In this document: positions 37,964 to 48,519 of the stretch, piece after piece
How the letters are laid out: the number at the start of each line of letters is the position of its first letter
Numbering within the stretch: the stretch's first letter is position 1
Assembly (NCBI GenBank): GCA_963713865.1
Contig: OY970208.1
Location: forward strand, 2,048,001-2,112,000
Direction of reading: 5' to 3'
Origin: an uncultured candidate division Zixibacteria bacterium
GTDB lineage: Bacteria; Zixibacteria; MSB-5A5; RBG-16-43-9
DNA length: 64,000 nucleotides
Position numbers and translations under genes: made by a program
Notes under the pieces: model-generated
The model's input: only the letters and a program-made list of their open reading frames with translations
The model's database searches: none
Told to the model about the DNA's origin: nothing

Positions 37964-37990
37964 TTAACTTTTAACTATTCAATCCGATAA
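37964..37990 (+). promoter_or_regulatory. Putative sigma28-like promoter
   Basis: TTAA-N15-TCCGATAA upstream of the HD-GYP gene. Confidence 0.3.
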
Positions 37991-38033
37991 AAAGTATATC
38001 CGTTGTACTTCTTTAAAATCAAAGATTAAATAA

Positions 38034-39554
38034 ATGCTGACCAAACCGAAGCTCCTAGTAGTAGATGATGAAGTCTATATCTGCAATATAATCCAGGAGA
38101 TGCTCTCTCAGGATGAATATGAGGTTATAACCACCAATCTCCCGGAGAAAGCTATACAGATATTAAAAAGCCAGCTTATCGACTTAGTCCTCACCGATCT
38201 TATTATGGGAGAAAAATCCGGAGTGGAGGTATTGAAAAAGTCATTAGAGATTCATCCGGATATCATCGTGATTCTGATGACTGGACAACCTACCATAGAG
38301 AATGCAATTTCAGTATTGAAGATGGGCGCTTATGATTATCTGATCAAACCTTTTAATCTGAAAAGCTTAAGAGCCTCCATTCGCCGGGGTTTGGAGAAAC
38401 AAAACCTCTACCGGGAAAATATACATCTCAAAGAAACAGTTTCGCTTTACAAGATAAGCGAAGCTATGGGCTCAACTATTCATCTGGAATCACTTCTCCA
38501 GCTTATTCTGGAAACCTTATCCATGGAATTCGATACTTACCTGGCCTCAATTTTACTGGTGGAGGGCAAAAGTAAAAATCTGGCTCTGAAGGCCTATTAT
38601 GGAGTTACTACCAACCCCAGAGAGCTGAACTTTCTACGAGGTGAAGATCCACTTCCTCAATGGGTAATAAAAAATGCTCAGTTAAAGATCTTGAACCAGG
38701 GTGAAGAAGAGAAACCGACTGAAGACCATAAACTTCGAAGATCTTATATTTCCTATCCACTTATGGCAAAAGGAAAGGTGATTGGAGTTCTTAATTTAGT
38801 CCGTATAGGAAACTTTCTTGCTTTCTCCCTGGGACAGCTTCATTCACTTTCCATAATTGCCAGCAAAGCCGCTTCTGCTATAGAGAACTCACTACTCTAT
38901 GCGAGTTTGGAGGAGACCTACATGAGCACCTTAACTGCCTTAGCTAATGCTGTGGAGGCCAGGGATGTCTATACCCGAGGTCATACAGAGAGAGTCTGGT
39001 ATATGACGGAGATAACTGCTCAGGAAATGGGCTGGAACAAGGAGAAGATGTGGGAAGTTAAGATCGGAGGAATTCTTCACGATATCGGCAAAATAGGAGT
39101 TCCCGACGCCATATTGAATAAACCCGGTGAACTGAACCAGGAAGAATTTGAGGTAATGAAAACCCATCCAGCCTTAGGAGCAAAGATCTTAGAAGGAATT
39201 TCCTTTCTGGCTCCATCTCTACCCTATATACTTTATCATCATGAAAGGTTTGATGGAAAAGGTTATCCCTTTGGATTAAAAGAAGACAAAATTCCTATTC
39301 AGGGTAGGCTCCTGGCTGTAATAGATACATTTGATGCGATGTGCAGCGACAGACCTTATCGTAAAAATGTTGGATTTCCCGCAGCTTTAAAAGAAATTGA
39401 AGATTGTTCCGGTACTCAATTTGATCCTGAAATAACCCAGGTCTTTTTAAAAGCCTGTCAGGATAATAAAATTAACCTTGAAAAACTTAAGAAAAACAGC
39501 GGAGAGACCCACCTCTTGATTAATCTTACCACTAAACCAGTCCTATCTAGATAG
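38034..39554 (+). CDS. REC-GAF-HD-GYP cyclic di-GMP phosphodiesterase response regulator
   Basis: LVVDDE, LTD, AYDYLIKP; GAF; HDIGKIG, HHERFDGKGYP, DAM..DRPYR. Confidence 0.9.
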   Translation: MLTKPKLLVVDDEVYICNIIQEMLSQDEYEVITTNLPEKAIQILKSQLIDLVLTDLIMGEKSGVEVLKKSLEIHPDIIVILMTGQPTIENAISVLKMGAYDYLIKPFNLKSLRASIRRGLEKQNLYRENIHLKETVSLYKISEAMGSTIHLESLLQLILETLSMEFDTYLASILLVEGKSKNLALKAYYGVTTNPRELNFLRGEDPLPQWVIKNAQLKILNQGEEEKPTEDHKLRRSYISYPLMAKGKVIGVLNLVRIGNFLAFSLGQLHSLSIIASKAASAIENSLLYASLEETYMSTLTALANAVEARDVYTRGHTERVWYMTEITAQEMGWNKEKMWEVKIGGILHDIGKIGVPDAILNKPGELNQEEFEVMKTHPALGAKILEGISFLAPSLPYILYHHERFDGKGYPFGLKEDKIPIQGRLLAVIDTFDAMCSDRPYRKNVGFPAALKEIEDCSGTQFDPEITQVFLKACQDNKINLEKLKKNSGETHLLINLTTKPVLSR

Positions 39555-39928
39555 ATAAGCAGGTTCTGGATCTATTATTTTTTACAGCATTTTACAATTT
39601 TAATTCTAACTTCAACTTAGTTGCAATAAAATTTGACACGCTCTTGAGAAAAAAGTCTGGGCTAAGATAGTTGATAATTTCCATACAAATCATTTCATCT
39701 TCATGCAATTTCTTAACTATATCTGCTCTGCAATGATTAAAAGATTTTCTTTTAAAAATATGTATTTCAGTTGACAATCAATGAAAGTTGAATATATTGT
39801 TAAATCTAAAGGGAATCCTGATCCAGGTTACCTTCACAAATATTAGTAGATAATAAAATTTTATTTTTATTAAAAGATTTTGACTTGCCTACACTATAAA
39901 CTAAATTTAAAAATAAGTAAGGAGTAAA

Positions 39929-40585
39929 ATGAGAAAAAAGATACAGGAAAAACTCGATTTTGAGATCAGAGGTTTAAGTGAGATAAATACCTTCCCGATG
40001 ATTGAAAACTTCCATTTTCCCTTAATTGGTCAGGTAGTCCTGGTTACCTCCATCAACCGGGAGAAAATACCTAACATTGCTCCCAAGAGCTGGATTTCAG
40101 TTTTTGCACGCAAGCCCGCTATAATTGGATTCGGATGTAATGTAAACCACGACACTTCAAAAAATATCCTTTCCACTGGTGAATTCGTAATAAACGTCCC
40201 GGGAGCAGAGCTGGCTAATAAAGTTTGGAAAGCCTCTGAGCTAAAAGGGCAGGATCCTGAGGAAATTGAGAAAATCGGCTTAACCCCTATAAAGTCGGTG
40301 AAGCTAACCACACCCCGGATCGCAGAATGCAAAGCTTATCTTGAATGTTCCCTTGACTGGACCAAAAAATATGGAGAGGAAATCATAATCTTTGGAAAAG
40401 TCCTCTTAGCCTCTATTGATAAAAAAGCCTTAGAGGGAACCTTAGAGGATAGGTACAAATATCTGAAACTTATTGCCTACTTAGATGATGGAGCTTACGG
40501 GATAATAAAAACTGTCAATAAAATAGACCAGAGCGGAAGCGATTCAATCATTACCTTTACAAATGAGAAGACAGGTCAAGAGTGA
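39929..40585 (+). CDS. Flavin reductase-like protein
   Basis: PNIAPKSW, HDTSKNI..TGEFVINVP, ECKAYLEC. Confidence 0.8.
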   Translation: MRKKIQEKLDFEIRGLSEINTFPMIENFHFPLIGQVVLVTSINREKIPNIAPKSWISVFARKPAIIGFGCNVNHDTSKNILSTGEFVINVPGAELANKVWKASELKGQDPEEIEKIGLTPIKSVKLTTPRIAECKAYLECSLDWTKKYGEEIIIFGKVLLASIDKKALEGTLEDRYKYLKLIAYLDDGAYGIIKTVNKIDQSGSDSIITFTNEKTGQE

Positions 40586-40696
40586 AGAAGACAAACTTCA
40601 GCCTTGCTTCTATTTTAGTGTTCATTGCCACTTCAGTATCTTGCATTTTGTAGGAACAGAATCAGCTTGAGACGAAATCTGTTTATTATTGCTTAT

Positions 40697-40916
40697 TCCC
40701 CTTCCCTGTCCTACCCTACGGGGGTTTGCTCCGGATCCGTTTCTCAGGAAAGGGGAGGGATGAGGGGGGTCAAACTCGTTGCGATTGTGTATCATTGCGA
40801 GGAGTCCATCAGGACGATGAAGCATTCTATGTCTAACAGGTAGAGGGAATGCTTCGCTTTCGGTTCGCAAGGACAGCCCAAAAAAGAGAAATGTTGGACA
40901 TAAAACCCGACGCTAC
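40697..40916. repeat. Cluster of palindromic repeat elements
   Basis: ccccttccctg...aggaaaggggagggatgagggggg; tcattgcgagga...gaagcattct...gaatgcttcgc...tcgcaaggaca; ...cccgacgctac. Confidence 0.6.
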
Positions 40917-40951
40917 TAGGACACCACACACAAACACCAAACGCCAAACTT

Positions 40952-42019
40952 TTATTTTATAGGCACCGGGGAAAAACAGAGGATAAAAATTAAAAGAGAA
41001 ATCCAGCCAACCACTTTTCTTTTATTATCGAAAGGAATAGAATCATTCAAAGTCGGTGGATGAGCTGGCTTGAGAATTAAAGCCAGGACCAGCCAGATGA
41101 GCCATCCCTGCCATAAAAAAATTCCTAAAGGTATTAAACCCAGAATAATAATCTGGGCCATTATTTTCTGCTTTTTTCCAAATAGAGCATAAGCGATATG
41201 CCCACCATCCAGTTGTCCAATTGGGAGAAGATTTAACATGGTCACTAAAATTCCAGCCCAGCCAGCAAATGCCATCGGGCTTAAAAGAACATCATACCCC
41301 TCTGGTGGATTTTTTAATACTAACCAGGATATAAATTTAAAAACCAGTGAATCGCCTAAGATAATCGCCTGACCGGGCATCTCTTTTACCACTTGAGAGG
41401 TTGCCAGTCCGACGGTTAAAGCTATAATTGAGACCACGAATCCGGCAATAGGACCTGTTGCTCCCACGTCCAAAAGCTCTTTTCTGTTTTTAAAAGGAGA
41501 TTTTGAGCGGATAATTGCCCCGAACGTTCCTAATATAGTTGGTCCAGGTATAAAATATGGTAACGAGACTTTTATCCTGCTTCTTCTGGACATTATATAA
41601 TGTCCGAATTCATGGAATAATAGAATCAGCAGCAAGGGGACTGCAAAAGTCGCTCCTTTATAAATAAACAAAGGATTCTTAAAAAGATCAGTATTTTCCA
41701 TAATCGCCCCGGCTGCAAAAACGCTCAAAACCGTCAAAATAAAAAGTATCAAATTCAGCCAGGGAAATAGAGGTCTTACTTTCTTCCCTATTCTGGAAAG
41801 CTCCATTATTGTTTGTGTGCCATTCTGTTCAAACCTAACCTCATATCCTAAATCAAAAAGATGGTTGGAAACATCCTCTTGCCAATCCTCCATTGGAAAC
41901 CAGGGAGAACCTAAAATGGTAATATTCTGGCCATCATAATAAACCCCCCTGATCTCCATAAGATTCCCCAAGGAGTCTCTGAGCCTGCTAATCTCTGTCT
42001 TGAATTCCTCTTTCTTCAT
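40952..42019 (-). CDS. Site-2 protease (peptidase M50)
   Basis: HEFGH, GPIAG, NLLPIGQLDGGH. Confidence 0.92.
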   Translation of the reverse strand: MKKEEFKTEISRLRDSLGNLMEIRGVYYDGQNITILGSPWFPMEDWQEDVSNHLFDLGYEVRFEQNGTQTIMELSRIGKKVRPLFPWLNLILFILTVLSVFAAGAIMENTDLFKNPLFIYKGATFAVPLLLILLFHEFGHYIMSRRSRIKVSLPYFIPGPTILGTFGAIIRSKSPFKNRKELLDVGATGPIAGFVVSIIALTVGLATSQVVKEMPGQAIILGDSLVFKFISWLVLKNPPEGYDVLLSPMAFAGWAGILVTMLNLLPIGQLDGGHIAYALFGKKQKIMAQIIILGLIPLGIFLWQGWLIWLVLALILKPAHPPTLNDSIPFDNKRKVVGWISLLIFILCFSPVPIK

Positions 42020-42034
42020 AATTATCTTAAATAC

Positions 42035-42104
42035 GGTTTAAATGTTTAAGAGTTTATAAGTTTAAAAGAAAATAAACTTCTAAACTCATAAACTCCTAAA
42101 TTGT
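42035..42104. repeat. Two opposed arrays of degenerate 8-mers
   Basis: ggtttaaa tgtttaag agtttata agtttaaa ... taaacttc taaactca taaactcc taaattgt. Confidence 0.7.
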
Positions 42105-42107
42105 TTT

Positions 42108-43805
42108 TTACATCTTTTCCGGAGACTTTATCCCCAATAGACTCAAGCCTGACTTCATCACCGTCTGGATTGCTTTAACCAAAAGCATTCTGGCATCAGT
42201 TGAATCTGGGTTCTCGGTGATGATTCTTTCCTTTTGATAAAACCGGTTAAACAAAGAGGAGAGGTCCAACAGATAGGAACAGATTATAGCTGGTTCATAT
42301 TCTCTAATAGAGTGTTTTATCTTTCTGGGAAAATCTTCCAGCCTTTTGATAAGGATGTGTTCTTCTTCTGTGGACAGAAGATTGAAGTTTATCTTTTTAT
42401 CAATAGGTTGACTATATTTACGGATAAGACTGCAGACCCGAGCATAAGTATATTGCACATACGGACCGGTCTCTCCTTCAAAATTCAACACTTTGTCCCA
42501 GTCGAAATCGATATCCTTATTCCTGTGAGTAGAAAGATGTGCAAATATAACTGCCCCTATCCCAACATCGAAAGCGACTTTCTCTTTGTTCTCCAGCTCA
42601 GGATTTTTCTCCTGAATTATCTTAAGAGCCAAATCAATGGACCGGTTGAGCACGTCTTCTAAAAGAACGATATTCCCCTTGCGGGTTGACATCATCTTCT
42701 GTTTAAATTTCACCCAGCCGAAATCCACATGCACCAAATCAACAGCCCAGGGATAACCCATCAGCTCTAAAACCTTAAAAAGCTGCTGAAAATAGAGTTT
42801 CTGTGCACTCCCAACGATGTAGAGTGCTTTGTTGAAATGGTAATTTTCGTATCTATAAATAGCCGCACAAATATCCCGGGTAGCATACAGGCTGGCTTCG
42901 TCTTTCTTTTTTAAGAGACAGGGTGGAAAACCATACTTTTCTAAATTGACAATCAGGGCATCCTGACTTATTTCTGTCAATCCCATCTGGTTCATCTTCT
43001 CAATGGTCTTTTCAATAAACTGGTTATAGAAGCTCTCGCCAGCATAGGAATCAAAAGCGATGTCCAGCATCTTGTAGATTCGATTAAATTCTTCCAGACT
43101 GTAATCTTTAAACCTTTTCCACAAAGTTAAAGCCTCTTTATCACCACCCTCTAATTTTTTAAACCAAGCTCTGGCCTCCTCATCCAGTTCTGGATTTTTC
43201 TCAGCTTCACGATGAAATCTCACATACAGGTCGTAAAGTGTGGCAATCGGATCAGAGGAAAGCTCTTTATCCTCTCCCCATTTTTTATAAGCGGCAATAA
43301 CTTTTCCAAATTGAGTCCCCCAATCACCTAAATGATTTATCCTTATGACCTGGTATCCAGACTTTTTTAAGATATTATATAGAGCATTCCCGATTATGGT
43401 TGACCTCAGATGTCCAATGCCGAACGGTTTGGCTATATTGGGATGAGAATAATCCATCACTATGGTTTTCCCTTTTCCGAGAATATCCGAGCCATAATCT
43501 TCCCCTTTATCAAAGATATCTTGCAGAACGTATTCAGCGAATTTATGCCGGTTTACTTTAAAATTAATATAGGGACCAATAGGATAAATCTGTTCAATCA
43601 ACATCTTTGGTTTAAGCTCAGATGACAGCTTTAAAGCTATTTCCTGAGGTGCTTTTTTAAATTCTTTGCTTAAGATATGACAGGGAAAAGCATAATCCCC
43701 GAACTTTTCCTCCGGCGGAACTTCAATTAGAGATTCTATCTTTTCTGGAGGAAAGTCTATTTTATCTTTGAGTATCTTGATTATCTCTTCTACAAATTTA
43801 TTCAT
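42108..43805 (-). CDS. argS: Arginine-tRNA ligase
   Basis: PNIAKPFGIGHLRS, HLGDWGTQFG, MSTRKG, GETGPYVQY. Confidence 0.97.
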   Translation of the reverse strand: MNKFVEEIIKILKDKIDFPPEKIESLIEVPPEEKFGDYAFPCHILSKEFKKAPQEIALKLSSELKPKMLIEQIYPIGPYINFKVNRHKFAEYVLQDIFDKGEDYGSDILGKGKTIVMDYSHPNIAKPFGIGHLRSTIIGNALYNILKKSGYQVIRINHLGDWGTQFGKVIAAYKKWGEDKELSSDPIATLYDLYVRFHREAEKNPELDEEARAWFKKLEGGDKEALTLWKRFKDYSLEEFNRIYKMLDIAFDSYAGESFYNQFIEKTIEKMNQMGLTEISQDALIVNLEKYGFPPCLLKKKDEASLYATRDICAAIYRYENYHFNKALYIVGSAQKLYFQQLFKVLELMGYPWAVDLVHVDFGWVKFKQKMMSTRKGNIVLLEDVLNRSIDLALKIIQEKNPELENKEKVAFDVGIGAVIFAHLSTHRNKDIDFDWDKVLNFEGETGPYVQYTYARVCSLIRKYSQPIDKKINFNLLSTEEEHILIKRLEDFPRKIKHSIREYEPAIICSYLLDLSSLFNRFYQKERIITENPDSTDARMLLVKAIQTVMKSGLSLLGIKSPEKM

Positions 43806-43903
43806 TATTTTGCTACTTGCAACAAGCTACATGCTACTTGTATTTTCTATAATTCATTTTTATTCTTTCAGCCACTTGCTTCCCGCTACTAACTCCCTGC
43901 TAA

Positions 43904-45212
43904 TCATTCATACTTAAAATCCGCTGGAACTTTTTGAACTGCCACTTCCGGAATTAAAGGCTTTACCTTCCCCAGGTCCCTGTCCTCCTTACTGGAGAAA
44001 AAGTAATAATACAAAATACTGGACACAATGTAAAGTCCTGCGGCGATTAAAAGTGGTAAGGTATATCCAAAAGATTGAATCAGCTTTCCACCTAAATTTG
44101 CGCTAATCCCCCAGGATAAAGTCCAGGCTAAAGCAGTCAGGCTATTGGTAAGAGGTCTCTCTTTTTCACTTACCTTCTCCATAGAGAAATTTGTTGTTAT
44201 CGGCTGGTTCATATTCATCAAAGCGCCCCTTAAAAGGAAAGCCATAACCGCTACAGGTAAAAAATAAGTAAAAGCTAAACAAAGCATAAAGGGGATAGAG
44301 ACAAGCTGAGTATAGACTACGCTTTTAATCATCCCGACTTTTTTGGATAAAACCGGCCCCAATAATATCCCGGCTAACATAAAAAATTGAAGAAGTGCAT
44401 AACAAATCCCGATGCTTTTTGCTGGCAGAAAAAATCTTTCCCGGAAATAAAGGTTTAAAAAAGGTATGATCAAACCAGCACCCAAACCCACAATGAAAAA
44501 AGGAAAACAGAGCTTTAAAAGCAAACCTCCCCTTTTTCTTAGAAGTTTCATATCCCAAACCAGGCCTTCATCCTTCTTATTGACGTTTTCTTCAGGTTTA
44601 ATCAGATAAAAAGGGATAACTCCTAATAAACCAAAAAAGACTGCCACGTATAACGAACTCCTGTATGCCCAGAACCTGATCGTGAAATATATTATTGAAC
44701 AGGCTGACCAGATAGCCTCCTCCCAGGCTTCCTATAATGGCAGCAAACATTGTCATCCCGAAATTCATACTGAAAAGGTAAGTCCTTTCTTTTTCAGTGC
44801 TGTTCTTCATAAAAAAGGGTGCAGCTGCAACTCTATAAGAAGCCACCATCATCCCCAGGATTAAGCTAACCCAGAGTAATCCTCTAAGTTCTAAAATCGT
44901 AGCCTGTAAAAAATAGAACATAGATGCTAAAAGCGTCGATAAGATTAACACTTTTCTTATTTGAAATTTTTGTAAAAGGTATGCGACCGGTAAGGTTATT
45001 ATCACCGCACCCCAGGCGTTCATCGACAAAATCTGACCGATAGCACTTTCCTTATAAGAAAGTTCCTTCATATAAAGATTAAACAAAAGCTGAAATCCTG
45101 CAAACGCCAGCCCCACAAAAAAAGCACCTACTAAGAAAAGTCTTGCATTCTTAGAGAATAACTTTAAATGATGGAGGTAAGTCCTTATGCCACTCAGGGG
45201 TTTATCATTCAT
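43904..45212 (-). CDS. MFS transporter (two ORFs joined by an apparent +1 indel near 44669)
   Basis: About 12 TM segments across both halves; removing one G gives QVLAYRSSLYVAVFFGLLG. Confidence 0.8.
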
Positions 45213-45310
45213 CTTGTGCTACCTACTATGTTTCTCCATCTACCGATACAAGAAGAACAAAGTAGATGCAATTGGTAAAATCTTGTCTTGCTACAACTCC
45301 TTCATGCTCT

Positions 45311-46654
45311 CTACTGTGTCAAGTTCTCAAAGGTAAGGCTTTCAACATATTTTAGACCTGTATCTGTAAGTATCCACGCCTTTTTATTTTCTTTTTTCTC
45401 TTCAGCATCCATTATATAACCATCATGGATTAACTGAGAAATATACGGTCGAAAGTTTGTGGTTTTAGGTAACCTAGCCTGCACATAACATTTTTCGATA
45501 TCGCTCATATTGAAAGATGATTCATTCATAACCTTCTCGAGATAATATCCCAAAACCAATATCTTATCTCCGTGACTTTTTAGATTTTTTGTTTTCAGAA
45601 ATTCGGCTAACGATATTTTTCTACCTACTTCAGTCTGAGATTGAATTGGTGATGAAACAGCTTCTTCTTTTTGGGCCGATCCTATCTTAAGTTCGAAAAG
45701 CTCCTTAAACTTTTCTTCAACAAAAGTCTTGTCCCCCTGCACTTCGATTTCCAAATCACCTTTCTTGTATCTGAGCAAATAGTTAGTTTCCAACATTGTT
45801 GATCCTCCTTCTTTTATTGTATTGTAATCTTCGAATAGTTTTTCCAATAAATGTTTTACTTCAGGATAAACTTTACCAAAATCAGGTGGATTGCCAACTT
45901 GTCTTTGAAGGCCTTCTTTCCATTGATTTTTAATATCCAAAAACATTTGATCAATATTAGGTGGAATACCTGGATTAATTTTTCTATATAATGATTTCCT
46001 ATAATAAAAGTCTAAAACTATCTCTCTATCAATAAAATGTCTTAATTCTTTTAACAATCTCCATGTGTCATAAATATCTTTAGGCCAACACCTTTGATGA
46101 AAAATCGTTCTTATTTTTTCAGCAAGAATTTCTTCTATTGAATAAGTCGAAATGAAATAGTTCGCAGGCAAATCTTCATAAGGAGTTATCGCAAACTTAT
46201 AAATTGGTTTATCCATTAGCAGTTCATCATTTGTGATGTGGAGTAAGATAATAGGAAGATTCCCTGCTGTTTGCCTCCGAGGTCCCACATATTCAATTTT
46301 TATCTCAAATGACCACTCAGAATCTTTTTCCCCTGAAGGATTTATCTCTTTCTGTTTGAGTTTAATATCAGATTGCTCATTAACTTTTTTACACAATTCA
46401 GTAATTGCATCCTGTAATTTATCATATGCTACTTGTGTAATAGTCGTGAAATCCAAGTCTTCTGAGAAACGCCAATCAGTGAAATACATTTTATGAAGCG
46501 CAGTTCCCCCTTTAAAAACTAATTTATTTTTTAAATAACTGACCTGCGTAATCCCCCAGAGAATCCAATCAAGTATATAATCCTTTTCAACAATAGTATC
46601 CAATATGCCCTTTTCTGCGGAGATTTCTTTAATTTTCTCGTAATTTAACATCAT
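45311..46654 (-). CDS. abiEii: AbiEii-family nucleotidyltransferase toxin with ~160 aa C-terminal extra domain
   Basis: VEKDY, FKGGTAL, RFSEDLDF, AEKIRT, KDIYD. Confidence 0.88.
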   Translation of the reverse strand: MMLNYEKIKEISAEKGILDTIVEKDYILDWILWGITQVSYLKNKLVFKGGTALHKMYFTDWRFSEDLDFTTITQVAYDKLQDAITELCKKVNEQSDIKLKQKEINPSGEKDSEWSFEIKIEYVGPRRQTAGNLPIILLHITNDELLMDKPIYKFAITPYEDLPANYFISTYSIEEILAEKIRTIFHQRCWPKDIYDTWRLLKELRHFIDREIVLDFYYRKSLYRKINPGIPPNIDQMFLDIKNQWKEGLQRQVGNPPDFGKVYPEVKHLLEKLFEDYNTIKEGGSTMLETNYLLRYKKGDLEIEVQGDKTFVEEKFKELFELKIGSAQKEEAVSSPIQSQTEVGRKISLAEFLKTKNLKSHGDKILVLGYYLEKVMNESSFNMSDIEKCYVQARLPKTTNFRPYISQLIHDGYIMDAEEKKENKKAWILTDTGLKYVESLTFENLTQ

Positions 46655-47490
46655 TATACTCTTTTAAACGAGAGGAGTTCTTCCTTTGCTGTATTCACCA
46701 GAATATTCCACTGAGAATTATATCTTCCTTTCTTGGGTAAAAGAGGATCTAACAACGAGAATCCCTTTTTAACTATCTCTTTCAAAGGTCTTATATTGAA
46801 TTTCTTATCCAATTCTAACAACTCAAGTAGAAAACCCAATCTTTTGGCAACAGCGGAATTTTTCATTTTCCGCACATAATCTAAAATCTTTATAAAATCC
46901 ACCCCATCACGTGCATTCCAGATTCCTTTTACCGCCTCGGAGATACCTCCACAATATTCTGGATGATCTAAACAATCTAGTAAAGTTTTTTCTTTATCAG
47001 ATACTGTAATAGAAACATTATCAATTTCAATTTGTGTTACCCCAAACATTTTCTCTGGAGTCGTTTTCACGAATTTATAATAAACGCCTAATAGTGAAAG
47101 AGTTTTCTTTCTTTTCGGGGAAGCCACAAAAATAGTATTAATCAGTTGTTCAGTATATCCATAGTAGTTAAGCATAGTCCAGAAACCGAGGTAATAAGGA
47201 TCGATCAATTTAGAAGCTATGAGGAATTGATTCTCTGTATATGGTTTAGTTGGGTCTGCAGATAGTGGAATTAAAAAATATTTCCCTCTTTCAATCCGTT
47301 TAAGCCATCCTTTCTTTACAAGATCATGAAGAAGTTTCTTGACTTGTTTACTATCAGTTCCAAGTATTTGAGCTGATTCTTCTAAAGAAAAAACGGTCCT
47401 CTTACTCTGTGTTAATTCACTTATCAATCGTGAGCTTACTGGACCTAAAATTTTATATAAATTTTTATCTTTTTTAATATTTTGCGTCAT
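46654..47490 (-). CDS. abiEi: AbiEi-family antitoxin/transcriptional regulator
   Basis: N-terminal wHTH (LVKKGWLKRIERGKY), PYYLGF..L.YYG.TEQ, SDKEKTLLDCL, KRLGFLLE; 1-nt overlap with the toxin. Confidence 0.88.
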   Translation of the reverse strand: MTQNIKKDKNLYKILGPVSSRLISELTQSKRTVFSLEESAQILGTDSKQVKKLLHDLVKKGWLKRIERGKYFLIPLSADPTKPYTENQFLIASKLIDPYYLGFWTMLNYYGYTEQLINTIFVASPKRKKTLSLLGVYYKFVKTTPEKMFGVTQIEIDNVSITVSDKEKTLLDCLDHPEYCGGISEAVKGIWNARDGVDFIKILDYVRKMKNSAVAKRLGFLLELLELDKKFNIRPLKEIVKKGFSLLDPLLPKKGRYNSQWNILVNTAKEELLSFKRV

Positions 47491-47494
47491 TATA

Positions 47495-47511
47495 GTTACC
47501 TAATAAGTAAC
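47495..47511. promoter_or_regulatory. Possible AbiEi operator inverted repeat
   Basis: GTTAC-N7-GTAAC immediately upstream of the abiEi start. Confidence 0.3.
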
Positions 47512-47620
47512 CTTTTTATCTCCTAATATAGTAATTAATAAATCTTTTACATGTTTGCAAGCTCTTTTTTGAAATATTTTCGCCCAACAATCTGAATTTT
47601 CTTATAGTTATAATTCATCT

Positions 47621-48487
47621 CTAATTCTTATACTCATAAATTCCCGCAAAAACTTCCTCCGTCGGTCCGATGACATAGATATGATTAGTCTTCTCATCCC
47701 AGCTTACTTTAAGACATCCTGCCTGGAAATAAGCCAAAACCTCTCTTTCCGTTTTATTATTCAAAACACAAGCAACCAGAGCAGAGGAAGCTCCGGTCCC
47801 GGATGCCATAGTCTCCCCTGCACTCCTTTCCCAGACCCTTAACTGTATTTTCTTTCGATTCAGGATTTTCACAAATTCCACATTAGTCTTCTCCGGAAAA
47901 ATCGGATGTTTTTCCACCAGAGATCCTATTTTCTGCCAATTAGGCTCTCCAGAATGGATCCATTCGGAAAAATCATTCACGAAGATAAGCGTATGAGGGT
48001 TACCCATAGAAACGCAGGTTATCTTCAAGCTTTTCCCATTCACTTTTATCTCTTCGTTAATACAGAACTTTCCCCTTCCATTAACCGGAATCTTTTTCCT
48101 TTCTAAAACCGGTTCACCCATATCGATCTTTATTATGAGATCACCTTCACTTTTGAGAAACTCCGCCCTGATGATTGGACCCTTAGTCTCTATCTCCACT
48201 TCTTTTTTCCTACACAAACCGTGTTCATACAAATAACGTGCAAAACATCTCACCCCATTCCCGCACATCTGGGCTGGTGTTCCATCTGGATTATAGAACT
48301 CCATCCTGAAAGGTGCCTTTCTACCTTTGCGGATAATAATTAAACCATCTCCCCCCACTCCGAAATGCCGATCTGTAATCTTTCTGGCTAAATCCCTTAA
48401 ATTCGAACCAGCCAGATTCTGTCTGAAGGAATCGACATAGATATAATCGTTCCCTAAAGCCTGAAGCTTGGTAAATTTTATTTTCAT
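47621..48487 (-). CDS. dapF: Diaminopimelate epimerase
   Basis: GNDY, GVGGDG, MCGNG, SMGNPH, TNVEF, ERSAGETMASGTG. Confidence 0.92.
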   Translation of the reverse strand: MKIKFTKLQALGNDYIYVDSFRQNLAGSNLRDLARKITDRHFGVGGDGLIIIRKGRKAPFRMEFYNPDGTPAQMCGNGVRCFARYLYEHGLCRKKEVEIETKGPIIRAEFLKSEGDLIIKIDMGEPVLERKKIPVNGRGKFCINEEIKVNGKSLKITCVSMGNPHTLIFVNDFSEWIHSGEPNWQKIGSLVEKHPIFPEKTNVEFVKILNRKKIQLRVWERSAGETMASGTGASSALVACVLNNKTEREVLAYFQAGCLKVSWDEKTNHIYVIGPTEEVFAGIYEYKN

Positions 48488-48519
48488 ATTTTTGAAATTT
48501 GGAGTGTAAAGCTTTAGCT

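Noticed and set aside
39592..39777. 61-aa ORF in an AT-rich spacer
   Set aside because: No RBS or recognisable motif, and it starts within a TTGACA promoter-like element; not supportable
40622..40870. 82-aa and 72-aa ORFs on opposite strands
   Set aside because: They lie wholly within palindromic repeat DNA; likely spurious
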